The position numbers were made by a program, and so were the translations under genes. Positions 46,349 to 55,369 of a stretch of 64,000 nucleotides of DNA are shown piece by piece; within the stretch, counting starts at the first letter, position 1; every line of letters starts with the position of its first letter. The notes below the pieces were generated by a model that worked only from the letters and a program-made list of their open reading frames with translations, had not been told where the DNA came from and did not search any database. Location of the stretch: the sequence record ON568341.1; one strand, given 5' to 3'.

Positions 46349-46845
46349 CTAAATCGATGAAAAATTCATTAGATAATATAAAGAGTGTAATTAGTGGTGA
46401 GTATATTGCTAGTGTAACACAAACTGCTGACCAGATACAAAGTAGTTCTAGTGATTGTACTGTGATTCTCGGTTTACACAGTCTACGTTTATCAATAGTA
46501 AATAATATTGACAACACTGCTATTGTAATCACACCATGTCATATTCAAAATGAGAATGGTGTATATCTTCATCACATGGGAACAGTATTTTACATTTTCA
46601 ATACAAACAATACACTCGAAACAATTGTCAAAGAATATAATACACTTAACATTGATCCGGGTGAATTATTTCAGATGAGTACGTTGTATTCATGTGATTT
46701 TACAGATACCTCACATATTTTACCATTTTTCTTGGAAATTCTAAAGAAAATGGAAAAATTAAATCGTGAATACAATAAAAAAATGGTTCCAGAAGCTATA
46801 TTAAATATTACTGATGCTATGAAAAAATATAAAGCAGTGCCTTAA
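46339..46845 (+). CDS. FQ-motif family protein
   Basis: DPGELFQMSTLYS. Confidence 0.8.
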   Translation: MYLTKSMKNSLDNIKSVISGEYIASVTQTADQIQSSSSDCTVILGLHSLRLSIVNNIDNTAIVITPCHIQNENGVYLHHMGTVFYIFNTNNTLETIVKEYNTLNIDPGELFQMSTLYSCDFTDTSHILPFFLEILKKMEKLNREYNKKMVPEAILNITDAMKKYKAVP

Positions 46846-46890
46846 TAAAAAAAACGCACATGGAGTGCATATGAAGATCAAGGATAGATC

Positions 46891-47364
46891 ATGGAGATTA
46901 AAACTGTTGAAAATGGGAAAATTGATGACATTTTAGACTTGGACGCATTCAAAGTTCATGATATAATGTTTAATGTGAAGGACATTATTCAATGTCTGTT
47001 TTTATGCAGCAAGACTATGCATGATTTTTTTCACAACCCGAATACTAATGTTTTTATACTTACAATCAGTACTGAAAACTCGTTTATCATGGGTATGCCC
47101 ATGAGTACAAATGAACAGTATATTGATTGTGTTATTCGCAATAATGATTGTATTACCCCACAATCTGAAGTTCGCAAAAAGAAAAACACTTACACAATCA
47201 AAGATGATAAAATCATGATGTGTTGCAGTAAAGGATTTATATTGGACAATTTCATCGTCAAAGATAGTTATCATGACTTTAAAATTTCCGAAAATCAATC
47301 CAATGTAGTTCTTTATGCTAGTGATATCGAAAGTTTAACAGTCAAAGATCCTAGTTTGGAGTAA
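46891..47364 (+). CDS. Hypothetical protein
   Basis: SD AAGGA. Confidence 0.7.
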   Translation: MEIKTVENGKIDDILDLDAFKVHDIMFNVKDIIQCLFLCSKTMHDFFHNPNTNVFILTISTENSFIMGMPMSTNEQYIDCVIRNNDCITPQSEVRKKKNTYTIKDDKIMMCCSKGFILDNFIVKDSYHDFKISENQSNVVLYASDIESLTVKDPSLE

Positions 47365-47366
47365 GT

Positions 47367-47498
47367 ATGGCTAAGAAAGTAAACAATTTCGTACAGAAAC
47401 ACATGAATGAGTTTAACAAGCCTCAGACACATGTGGATCGTAAAAAAGAAATGAAAAATGGTAAAGTAAAACACAAGTCGAGATTTATTCTCGACTAA
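47367..47498 (+). CDS. Small basic protein (43 aa, not in the track)
   Basis: MAKKVNNFVQKHMNEFNKPQTHVDRKK..KHK resembles a short peptide common in T4-like phages; SD GGAG; hairpin terminator over the stop. Confidence 0.7.
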   Translation: MAKKVNNFVQKHMNEFNKPQTHVDRKKEMKNGKVKHKSRFILD

Positions 47499-47521
47499 TT
47501 TTTTGTCTAAATTTTTGAGGA

Positions 47522-48376
47522 TTGTATATGTTGGACATTTCAGATTTTCTTAATTTTAAAAAGTATTCAGTACTTGAACATATCAACGAATTTCTGAATT
47601 CCCCAACACCATTTGGTATCAGTACATCAGATTCATACGATGGATATAGAATCTTCCCATGCAATGACTTTCAAATTTCTGTCAAAAAAGGTTTTACAAA
47701 AGAAGTTGCAATTCGTGATGTAGTAATGTATAGCGATTCTTCTATTTCTTACTGTCATGATGTGAACAATTTTGAATCTCTTTCAACACCTAATTGTTCA
47801 TACTACAAATCCCATGACACGATGATGTATAAAGAACAACATATCAATGGTGTTTCGTTCTACAAAACTAGCAGTGATAAATCATATACATCTAGAGATG
47901 ATTTTGGAAAATACACATGTACTATGCACACGGATAATGAAAAAACAAATTACACTCATTCATTCGAGTCCAAATTCCAAGAGAGTGAAGTTTCAAATAT
48001 CACTATACAAGAACAGGTTTCAGAAGGCATTGTATATCGTAGTACTGCATTCTTTCGCATGAAAGATGTTGCCACAGGCAGACCAATGATGTACAATATT
48101 GACATATACATGAAAGGTGATATATCAGAAGTAGTGATTAGTACTGGTTATCGTGAAAAATATACAGTTACAATGGAATCACCAGATGCATCGTTAGTTC
48201 ACCTCTTTAACAATTTATATACATTCCAATTCGAACTTAGTTTAGACTACAATGAATATCAAATATTCGATATATTAAAAAGTAATATTATTAATAAGTT
48301 AGAATATTACTACAAGTTAGGTGGTAAGATGTGCATAGTTAATACTATGTTACATAACATAAAAGAAACATTATAA
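47522..48376 (+). CDS. Hypothetical protein (284 aa) with a weak FQ-like C-terminal motif
   Basis: SD GAGGA, TTG start; YTFQFELSLDYN. Confidence 0.7.
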   Translation: MYMLDISDFLNFKKYSVLEHINEFLNSPTPFGISTSDSYDGYRIFPCNDFQISVKKGFTKEVAIRDVVMYSDSSISYCHDVNNFESLSTPNCSYYKSHDTMMYKEQHINGVSFYKTSSDKSYTSRDDFGKYTCTMHTDNEKTNYTHSFESKFQESEVSNITIQEQVSEGIVYRSTAFFRMKDVATGRPMMYNIDIYMKGDISEVVISTGYREKYTVTMESPDASLVHLFNNLYTFQFELSLDYNEYQIFDILKSNIINKLEYYYKLGGKMCIVNTMLHNIKETL

Positions 48377-48392
48377 ATCTGGAGGATTTGGT

Positions 48393-48686
48393 ATGGATAC
48401 TAAATTCAAAATTATTTTTAAAACTAAGCCGTATATTCCACATACAGCAGAACGTTTTATACCACATGATGCAGAGGAAATTATTCATCAAGATGGTACA
48501 AAGTTATATCTAGTGCCATGTTCATATGAACGTGCAGTAGAAATGTTACTCATGAATTCTAAATTATGTACAAACAAGTACATTAGTTACTTATATAATG
48601 AACATATTTTAGATTTTAATGATGAAAATATGTTTATTCTGGCAATTGAAGATTTTAATAATTGGTACAACATTATTAAAATCTGA
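48393..48686 (+). CDS. Hypothetical protein
   Basis: SD GGAGGA. Confidence 0.75.
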   Translation: MDTKFKIIFKTKPYIPHTAERFIPHDAEEIIHQDGTKLYLVPCSYERAVEMLLMNSKLCTNKYISYLYNEHILDFNDENMFILAIEDFNNWYNIIKI

Positions 48687-48756
48687 TAAAATATTGTGAA
48701 CATATTAAATCTTTATGATATAATGTTCACATCTTTTTTTGATAATGGAGATATAG

Positions 48757-49143
48757 ATGAATACAAGTTCAATCCTAAAAGCAATTGGTGGTGTTTTACT
48801 TATTGAAGTGAAAGGTGAACCAAAACTGTGCTGTTTGGAAGATATGAAGAATACAAAACACTTCAGTACTGGTCAGATTTTTAATGCCATTCGTGTTCTA
48901 AATGATAAATCAATCGCTGATTATGGTAAAGTTTGGCCTGTATATCAAAACGCAGATGGTGATATCAGTTCTGACTGGAAAACCATTGAAGCAGTCCGAC
49001 AAAGTTGTGATAGCGACTGGGACTTCATTGTAGAAGTATGTGACCAACTTCAAGAAGATGTACCAGAAATTGTGGAACGAAAGGAAGTTCTGGCAAATCT
49101 AGAAAAGTTCCGTCATGGAACACTACCATATGATACAATCTAA
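48757..49143 (+). CDS. Hypothetical protein
   Basis: Extended -10 TGATATAAT upstream, SD GGAG. Confidence 0.75.
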   Translation: MNTSSILKAIGGVLLIEVKGEPKLCCLEDMKNTKHFSTGQIFNAIRVLNDKSIADYGKVWPVYQNADGDISSDWKTIEAVRQSCDSDWDFIVEVCDQLQEDVPEIVERKEVLANLEKFRHGTLPYDTI

Positions 49144-49193
49144 TCTACTTATTAAAAAATAGCTAGTTAACATTATATAAAAAGGAATTTAAA

Positions 49194-49499
49194 ATGGAAG
49201 ATAATGGAATGAAATTTGATATGTTTGAGGGTGTACCTGAGTTTGATTTTAACAAACTAGAAAATGGTGAAGAGTCAGAACTCGTTAGTGTTACACTTAA
49301 AGCAGATTCTAAAAAGAAATATTCATCAACGGTACGTTCACGTTCACAAGAAGAATATGAATCTTTCATTGAGAGTATTCATTATGAAACATTATATCAT
49401 AAAGATGGAACTCCATATGAAGTACGTGTAACAGTACTGAAGCCTGAAGTGAATCCAATGGAAAATCTACGTCCTGTTTACTGCTGGGCAAGTCACTAA
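49194..49499 (+). CDS. Acidic hypothetical protein
   Basis: SD AAGGA; terminator at 49509-49537. Confidence 0.75.
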   Translation: MEDNGMKFDMFEGVPEFDFNKLENGEESELVSVTLKADSKKKYSSTVRSRSQEEYESFIESIHYETLYHKDGTPYEVRVTVLKPEVNPMENLRPVYCWASH

Positions 49500-49550
49500 T
49501 AAACCAATGGACGGGATTTCATATCTCGTCCTTTTTTATATGGAGATTTT

Positions 49551-50405
49551 ATGAAACTTTATCTAATAGTTGACTATAATAAGGATTATGCTGGTAACTT
49601 CACCGAAGATTCGGATGGATATTGCACATCGACTAATGTCAATGTACGTAGCAGTAGTGCTCATGAACATGAATCTTGTAAAAATCTAAAAGATTTTATC
49701 ACATACCGAGCATTTGAAAAGAACTTCTGCCGCAGTAGATATTCTAAGTTTGAGTACCCATTAATTGATGTTCCTGATGAATTGATGTTCCAGCTAATGT
49801 TAACTGGAGTTCAAGATTATGATTATATTGCTTATAATCACATAACAAAGAAGATTTACATTGGAACATCAGTACACGATACTTCCATGTATGCATCATG
49901 CCCAGATGATCGAATGAAGCATAGAAATTCATACTATAGTGGATCAGTTGGTTCAAATAATTCATCAAATAAAAATTCATTCTTTGAGTACGTGTATGAT
50001 TACCATCACGAGAAAAAAGAACGTGAAGATTACTGTATAGAGATTGATAGTACTAATGGATATGAAGACGTAAAAGAAGCTCTTATGCCATACATTATAG
50101 AAAAATACTACAAAGATTTTCAGTACTGTAGTAATTTTCTAATCAGAAATTCTATTCAAATCGGTCGTCAATCCACTGCATACGCTATGTACTACAGTGA
50201 TTCTCCAGTTGTAGCAGGAAATGAAAGGGGTGATATCCTACCAATTCCACGTGAAGATATGACATTCATTTTTACATCTTTTATTGAGGATGATGAATTG
50301 TACGTTAAAAATAAGCATCGTTTCATGCCAAGTAAAATTGAGATTATTAGAAGCATCAGTGTTGATATATTAACCAATTTTACTGAAAAAACTGAATATA
50401 ACTGA
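49551..50405 (+). CDS. Possible GIY-YIG (Seg-like) nuclease-domain protein with an FQ-like segment
   Basis: YIAYNHITKKIYIG...HRNSYYSGS pattern, preceded by PDELMFQLML. Confidence 0.4.
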   Translation: MKLYLIVDYNKDYAGNFTEDSDGYCTSTNVNVRSSSAHEHESCKNLKDFITYRAFEKNFCRSRYSKFEYPLIDVPDELMFQLMLTGVQDYDYIAYNHITKKIYIGTSVHDTSMYASCPDDRMKHRNSYYSGSVGSNNSSNKNSFFEYVYDYHHEKKEREDYCIEIDSTNGYEDVKEALMPYIIEKYYKDFQYCSNFLIRNSIQIGRQSTAYAMYYSDSPVVAGNERGDILPIPREDMTFIFTSFIEDDELYVKNKHRFMPSKIEIIRSISVDILTNFTEKTEYN

Positions 50406-50434
50406 GACAAAATAGAAGTTAATGATATAATGTG

Positions 50435-50463
50435 AGGTGACAGTATATACTGTCACCTTTTTT
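50435..50463 (+). terminator. Perfect 24-bp palindrome plus T-run directly after an extended -10
   Basis: AGGTGACAGTATATACTGTCACCT (50435-50458); TGATATAAT at 50423-50431. Confidence 0.7.
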
Positions 50464-51120
50464 AATCCTGAAAGGTTCCTATAAGGAAATGATTAAAAGC
50501 CTAATCCACTCGAAAATGTAGAGGGTAGATGAGTAGTCCTTTCAGTACGAACAGCAGAAGAAACCCGTCAGATGTGGGCATAGTTTGAACCCCTCACGGC
50601 AATGCGGCTCAGAAGAAACCCGTCAGATGTGGGCATAGTTTGAACCCCTCACGGCAATGCGGCTGTATAAAGAACTCCAATAGGATAAAGAGAGTTCCTC
50701 GATAGACATATAAGGATCGCACCTTACCAATTATCTAAGGGAGATTTCATAAGAAATATGCGGTCGGAATTATACAATATAGTTGCGTCCAAATTTTGTG
50801 AAATCAAATACAAGTACTGGTCATATGGTATTTGTATTATGTGTCGGGATGTTTAAGACCGACGACCGTTGCTACAAGAACCGCGATAGAGAGAAACAGA
50901 GCAACCCGCTTTCGTCTCGTAAGAGAATTCGTGATATGAACTATGTGAAGGCCACCAGCGTCAAACTTTTTTGTTCTTTCCCCTGCGGGGGGATGAAATA
51001 TGCTCAAGCAAACCTCGTCAATATTAATTAAAAGACTTTATAATACTTGTAGAATTGTACATGCACCGCATGGAGAATTCTACTGATGTTGATGTAATCA
51101 ACATCACGTATATTCATTGA
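50464..51120 (+). ncRNA. Candidate large structured non-coding RNA or origin region
   Basis: No credible ORF, higher GC than its flanks, many hairpins (see findings). Confidence 0.4.
50555..50664 (+). repeat. Perfect 55-bp tandem duplication
   Basis: CAGAAGAAACCCGTCAGATGTGGGCATAGTTTGAACCCCTCACGGCAATGCGGCT at 50555 and 50610. Confidence 0.95.
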
Positions 51121-51136
51121 TGTTTCCATAGGAATA

Positions 51137-51682
51137 ATGATGGCATTTATTAAAAAAGAAAAAACTATTACTTATAAAACTTTGAATTTTGATGATTGTA
51201 TTAATCAATCACAGGACGAAAATATTTTTACTGGATATGTGGTTATTAAAGAAAAAGGATGCATTTCTTATATAAAGGAATTGCAAAATGGCATTGAAGT
51301 CACTTCAGTTAAATTACTTCCTACACAAAAACCAACAATATCAAAAGCCCAGTACGGTAATTATTTCGAGGAAAGATACAGTAATAATTTAATAAGTGTT
51401 AAAGCTCATATTGTAAAAGGAGAACTAGAAGGAGAATATAGAAAATTCAACCCACAAGGAAAATGTGTTTGGGTTAAATACTACAATTCAGGTGTTGACA
51501 TAACATCTGAAATTATTGAGTTTTTAGGATTGACATGTACACCTGAAACTCTTCATGACTACAAATTTAATACTGAAGAAGAGTTTAATCTGATGATGCG
51601 TTATGGATCACATTTTAAATTTTTATATGAATATAACGTTGACAGTAGTATTTTTGATAAAATAGTACATAATTGTCTATAA
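51137..51682 (+). CDS. MORN-variant repeat protein
   Basis: KGELEGEYRKFNPQGKCVWVKYYNSG repeat-type motif. Confidence 0.65.
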   Translation: MMAFIKKEKTITYKTLNFDDCINQSQDENIFTGYVVIKEKGCISYIKELQNGIEVTSVKLLPTQKPTISKAQYGNYFEERYSNNLISVKAHIVKGELEGEYRKFNPQGKCVWVKYYNSGVDITSEIIEFLGLTCTPETLHDYKFNTEEEFNLMMRYGSHFKFLYEYNVDSSIFDKIVHNCL

Positions 51683-51698
51683 CAAAAGGATTTATATA

Positions 51699-52220
51699 AT
51701 GTCGAAGAAGGATACTTCGAATAAACATTCAGTACATTTCAGTACTGGAAAAGATAACTGGACAACCCCAAAAGATTTTTTTGAAGATTTAGATGAGTTA
51801 TGGGGATTTACACTTGATGCTGCTTGTGTAGATGAGACTGCATTGTGTGATAATTTTTTCACTCCAGAAGATGATTCACTGTCACAGGATTGGGGAAATA
51901 ATATAGTTTGGTTGAATCCACCATATAGTGACTTAAAAACATGGTTATCTAAAGCTGTAGATGCATATAATAACGGAGCAACTGTAGTTATTCTTGTACC
52001 CTCAAGAACCGATACAATTGCTTTTCAGGATTATGCTGCTAAAATATGTGATTGTATTTGTTTTATTAAGGGAAGATTGCGATTTGGTATACCAGAAGAA
52101 CCCGATAAGAAAACTGATTCAGCACCATTTCCTTCGTGTCTGATAGTTCTGGATAAGTACTTAACCACTGCTAAAATCAATTGTCTTAAATCTCTCGGAT
52201 TGGTGATGAAGAATTTATGA
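51699..52220 (+). CDS. Phage DNA N6-adenine methyltransferase (Dam-like, PF05869 type)
   Basis: WTTP..FF, FTLDAAC, WLNPPYS, VILVPSRTDT and IKGRLRF motifs. Confidence 0.9.
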   Translation: MSKKDTSNKHSVHFSTGKDNWTTPKDFFEDLDELWGFTLDAACVDETALCDNFFTPEDDSLSQDWGNNIVWLNPPYSDLKTWLSKAVDAYNNGATVVILVPSRTDTIAFQDYAAKICDCICFIKGRLRFGIPEEPDKKTDSAPFPSCLIVLDKYLTTAKINCLKSLGLVMKNL

Positions 52221-52750
52221 AAGAAACATGTATATTATCATTTATGAGATGTAACCCAGTCCACAATGGACATGGTTTAGTTTTTGAAAAGGCCAAAACA
52301 TTACAAGAACAGTACAATGCTGATTTAAAAATTTATCTAAGCACTAGTACTGACAATATAAAAAACCCACTACCACCTGAACTAAAAATGTATTATACAG
52401 AGGGATTCTATCCTTCAGTGCAAGAGAACATCTACACAGAGGACAATCTATTTGATATAATGAGAGAACTGGATGGAAAGTACTTAGATGTTCTCTTCAT
52501 ATGTGGTTCTGACCGTATTGATTCTTTTCAGAAAACCCTTGACACTTACAATGGGAAGTTGTATAATTTTTGTAATATAAAAGTAATTCAAGCAGGTATT
52601 GACCGCCAATCAAGTCGATATAGCTCAACACAAATGCGTAAGTTTGCCAAAAATGAAGATTTTGATAGTTTTCGTGAGTTTTTGCCTGGAAATGACGAGA
52701 ACTTAAAAATTCAATTATTTGAAGATGTTATAAAATACATGAGGAAATAA
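52217..52750 (+). CDS. Cytidyltransferase-like nucleotidyltransferase
   Basis: RCNPVHNGH (HxGH), GSDR and SSTQMR motifs. Confidence 0.85.
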   Translation: MKETCILSFMRCNPVHNGHGLVFEKAKTLQEQYNADLKIYLSTSTDNIKNPLPPELKMYYTEGFYPSVQENIYTEDNLFDIMRELDGKYLDVLFICGSDRIDSFQKTLDTYNGKLYNFCNIKVIQAGIDRQSSRYSSTQMRKFAKNEDFDSFREFLPGNDENLKIQLFEDVIKYMRK

Positions 52751-52752
52751 TT

Positions 52753-53046
52753 ATGTCAGTACTGTTCAAAACTAATCCAGTACTTTGGGAACAAAATGAA
52801 CAATCAGGATTTCGTTCCATCCATGTTGAATACAAAGGTAATACAGTAGTTGCAATTATTGCTAACAAAACTCTAGGAAAATGGACCGCACAGGTTGTTC
52901 CTATGGGCTATTCTTATACATCTGATGAGGTTCAATTTTTAGCTGAACTTTATCGTCAAGTTCCTTTTATTATTAATGTGTTAGAAGGCAATGATACATT
53001 ATCACATGAAGATGTGATTGATTTTCTTGGAAACTTACATGTGTGA
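52753..53046 (+). CDS. Hypothetical protein
   Basis: SD GAGG; coupled. Confidence 0.75.
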   Translation: MSVLFKTNPVLWEQNEQSGFRSIHVEYKGNTVVAIIANKTLGKWTAQVVPMGYSYTSDEVQFLAELYRQVPFIINVLEGNDTLSHEDVIDFLGNLHV

Positions 53047-53326
53047 TGAAATAAATCTTACAGGATATTTTTTACAAGAATCTATGATTAAATTTAGTGA
53101 ACATTTCCCAGTACTGGATGGTATCGAAATGTGGCATGTCAAACCACTGTTCCACACTTTCAGTAAAGAGCACAAAATGTTATTGACTGAGGCGAGTAAA
53201 TCAAATAACATATGTGAAATCAAAATTGGTGTAAATGTCTATAAAGGGATGGTTATCTTTTTTGACAATAACAGCAACTACTTTTATATTGTTAAGGAGC
53301 ATTACGTTGACAAATACAAATACTAA
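53039..53326 (+). CDS. Hypothetical protein
   Basis: Coupled; start corrected. Confidence 0.7.
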   Translation: MCDEINLTGYFLQESMIKFSEHFPVLDGIEMWHVKPLFHTFSKEHKMLLTEASKSNNICEIKIGVNVYKGMVIFFDNNSNYFYIVKEHYVDKYKY

Positions 53327-53915
53327 TACATACTTCCGTTATCTTCGCTTAGGTCTTTCCCTGCGACCGATCCGTGGAAAGTGCGATTCACTCGCGGACC
53401 TTGACTATGCATATGCATTACATCATGAAGGTGTACAGTATGTATTGGGTGATTATGGTGAATTTGAAGAAACAAATGACAGTACTGGAATTAATGCTGG
53501 TGTAGATAATCTCAACAACATTGCAAACAGTTCTCGTCATGATATTGTATTACAAATCCAGAACTTTATTGAGCAACACACAGGAAAACGTGTTTGGTGC
53601 TATGTCGGAACTGATGCACAAATGTCTATTTCATTCGGTAATGATGATGGATATGTCGCACAGCTAATTATGGATTTTGAATCTGAAGAGAAGTTTTTAG
53701 AATTTAAAGAGAAAATCATCAAATCACTCGTTGATATGGGTGTCCCCGAAAATAAAATGCCAGAAGTTCAAAATATTGATGAATTTGTTTTGATTCCATC
53801 TGATGAGAAATATGATGCAATGTTTACTGCTCTTGATATTCCTGGAGTTATTGTGGAGTACTTTGATGATGGTGATGATAGTATCTATATAGATCTAGAT
53901 GACGACGATGAATAA
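53307..53915 (+). CDS. Acidic hypothetical protein (TTG start)
   Basis: AAGGAG at 53294-53299, 7 nt before an in-frame TTG at 53307; terminator at 53919-53947. Confidence 0.7.
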   Translation: MTNTNTNTYFRYLRLGLSLRPIRGKCDSLADLDYAYALHHEGVQYVLGDYGEFEETNDSTGINAGVDNLNNIANSSRHDIVLQIQNFIEQHTGKRVWCYVGTDAQMSISFGNDDGYVAQLIMDFESEEKFLEFKEKIIKSLVDMGVPENKMPEVQNIDEFVLIPSDEKYDAMFTALDIPGVIVEYFDDGDDSIYIDLDDDDE

Positions 53916-53959
53916 TATATAGCCCGACATAAGTTCGGGCTATTTTTGTAAGGGGATAT

Positions 53960-54235
53960 ATGAATTATAAAGTTCTACAATATACATACAGTGTTTTGTT
54001 TGATTTACATCACAATGGAAGATATCTCAATACAATACGAGAAAACACATTTACTCATATGTTATGGATTGATTACTTAGAAACGATTCGTGCATATTTT
54101 GTTAATACTGAGATAATCATTCGTGGTAAAAAACAGAAGATTCAACATGTTAATAGTTATGGTGGTAAATTAACTCTAACATTTACCGATAATAATACTA
54201 ATGAAATGTGTTGTATCGAGTTGGTGAACATATGA
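53960..54235 (+). CDS. Late small-protein family (Q.TY.hL.D type)
   Basis: VLQYTYSVLFDL. Confidence 0.75.
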   Translation: MNYKVLQYTYSVLFDLHHNGRYLNTIRENTFTHMLWIDYLETIRAYFVNTEIIIRGKKQKIQHVNSYGGKLTLTFTDNNTNEMCCIELVNI

Positions 54236-54498
54236 ATTATAAAGATTTCCAATTAACATATAAGATTATTCGCAATCTAGCACACAACAATGATAGCCCT
54301 AGTCTAGAAGACACATGCACAGAAATGATCCATACGATTCGTGCAAAGATTGAAGAAAATTTCAGTACTGTTATTATTAATGATGACCATGCAGAATTTT
54401 CTGATATAATCATTAGACGTGATGGTAAAGTTGAGGTTCAGTACTACACTGATTTTGGATTTACAAGTGTACCGTTGGAGATATTCCCTTGGGATTAA
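54232..54498 (+). CDS. Late small-protein family
   Basis: DFQLTYKIIRNL. Confidence 0.75.
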   Translation: MNYKDFQLTYKIIRNLAHNNDSPSLEDTCTEMIHTIRAKIEENFSTVIINDDHAEFSDIIIRRDGKVEVQYYTDFGFTSVPLEIFPWD

Positions 54499-54800
54499 AT
54501 TTAAATGATATACAATTCACTTATAAGGTACTATATGATTTGTATGATGCATACCTTGTTAGTAACAAAATAGGTTCACATAACCCAACCAAAGAACAAT
54601 CATTTATTGATTTATATATTGAGTACTTAGATTCTATTGAAAACTATCTCAAAAAGAATTACAGTACTTTTATCGATGGAAATGATACATTCGATTTCTA
54701 TGGTGTGCAATCATATGATGGTATAATCCATGTTCAATTTCAGGAAAGAACCGATAGGGAATTTATCGAAATTAAAGTTGTGAAGTTGGTGAATTTATAA
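54489..54800 (+). CDS. Late small-protein family
   Basis: NDIQFTYKVLYDL. Confidence 0.75.
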   Translation: MGLNLNDIQFTYKVLYDLYDAYLVSNKIGSHNPTKEQSFIDLYIEYLDSIENYLKKNYSTFIDGNDTFDFYGVQSYDGIIHVQFQERTDREFIEIKVVKLVNL

Positions 54801-54810
54801 GAGGTTACAT

Positions 54811-55122
54811 ATGTTATTAAATGATATACAATTTACATACAAATTTTTGTATATCCAATTCGCAACGGTTGATGCTGGTCAATATATCTACAGTGAAGTT
54901 TATCGTTCGATATGGATAAAGTTTTTGGATGAATTACATGATTATTACCATGATTTGTGTATAGTTCGTGATAATAAAATATACAAATTCCGCGATATTG
55001 TTAGCCATAGCGGTAAGCTAAGATTGGAATTAAGTACTGATAAGGATGTTGATTGGATTGGTGTAAATTTACTGGAGTTGGAGAATGAAAAACAACTTAA
55101 AGGAAATACAAGTATTTTATAA
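54811..55122 (+). CDS. Late small-protein family
   Basis: NDIQFTYKFLY. Confidence 0.75.
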   Translation: MLLNDIQFTYKFLYIQFATVDAGQYIYSEVYRSIWIKFLDELHDYYHDLCIVRDNKIYKFRDIVSHSGKLRLELSTDKDVDWIGVNLLELENEKQLKGNTSIL

Positions 55123-55369
55123 ATTCTTATACTTATCATATGTAAAAGATGAGTATTATGAAAGTGTGTATTATTTTTTATGGCAACATTACCGTACTAT
55201 AGTAAGAGATTTATATATAGGAAAATCTATCATATCCAATGGTGAAAAATGTACCTGTACGGATGTAGTTAGTTTTAATGGTTCTTTAACACTGTGTTTC
55301 AGATGCGATAATAATAGTGGGTCATTTTCATTAAACGTATATCAGTTAGAAGGAATAAATTTTGAATAA
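55085..55369 (+). CDS. Late small-protein family
   Basis: EIQVFYKFLY...LYIGKSII. Confidence 0.75.
   Translation: MKNNLKEIQVFYKFLYLSYVKDEYYESVYYFLWQHYRTIVRDLYIGKSIISNGEKCTCTDVVSFNGSLTLCFRCDNNSGSFSLNVYQLEGINFE

Noticed and set aside
13872-46845. Diversity-generating retroelement as the source of paralogue variation
   Set aside because: No reverse transcriptase and no TR/VR pair differing only at adenines were seen.
48695-48731. TGTGA...TCACA as a CRP site
   Set aside because: The half-sites are 27 bp apart instead of 6 bp; the element is better read as a hairpin.
50464-50620. Group I intron-like or RNase P-like fragments (AATCCTGA, CAGAAGAAACCC, GATGAGTAGTCC)
   Set aside because: The elements are in the wrong order, no P7 partner was found, and no interrupted host gene flanks them.
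50783-51031. 82-aa ORF in the non-coding island
   Set aside because: TTG start without an SD, atypical composition for this genome, and it overlaps many RNA-like stems.
51048-51105. AATTCTAC/GTAGA resembling a Cas12a repeat
   Set aside because: It is a single copy forming an ordinary hairpin, with no array or cas gene.
53235-53420. Apparent frameshift or bypass between ORFs 53039 and 53235, with a GC-rich multi-stem segment
   Set aside because: An in-frame TTG at 53307 with AAGGAG 7 nt upstream explains the second gene as an ordinary overlapping CDS.
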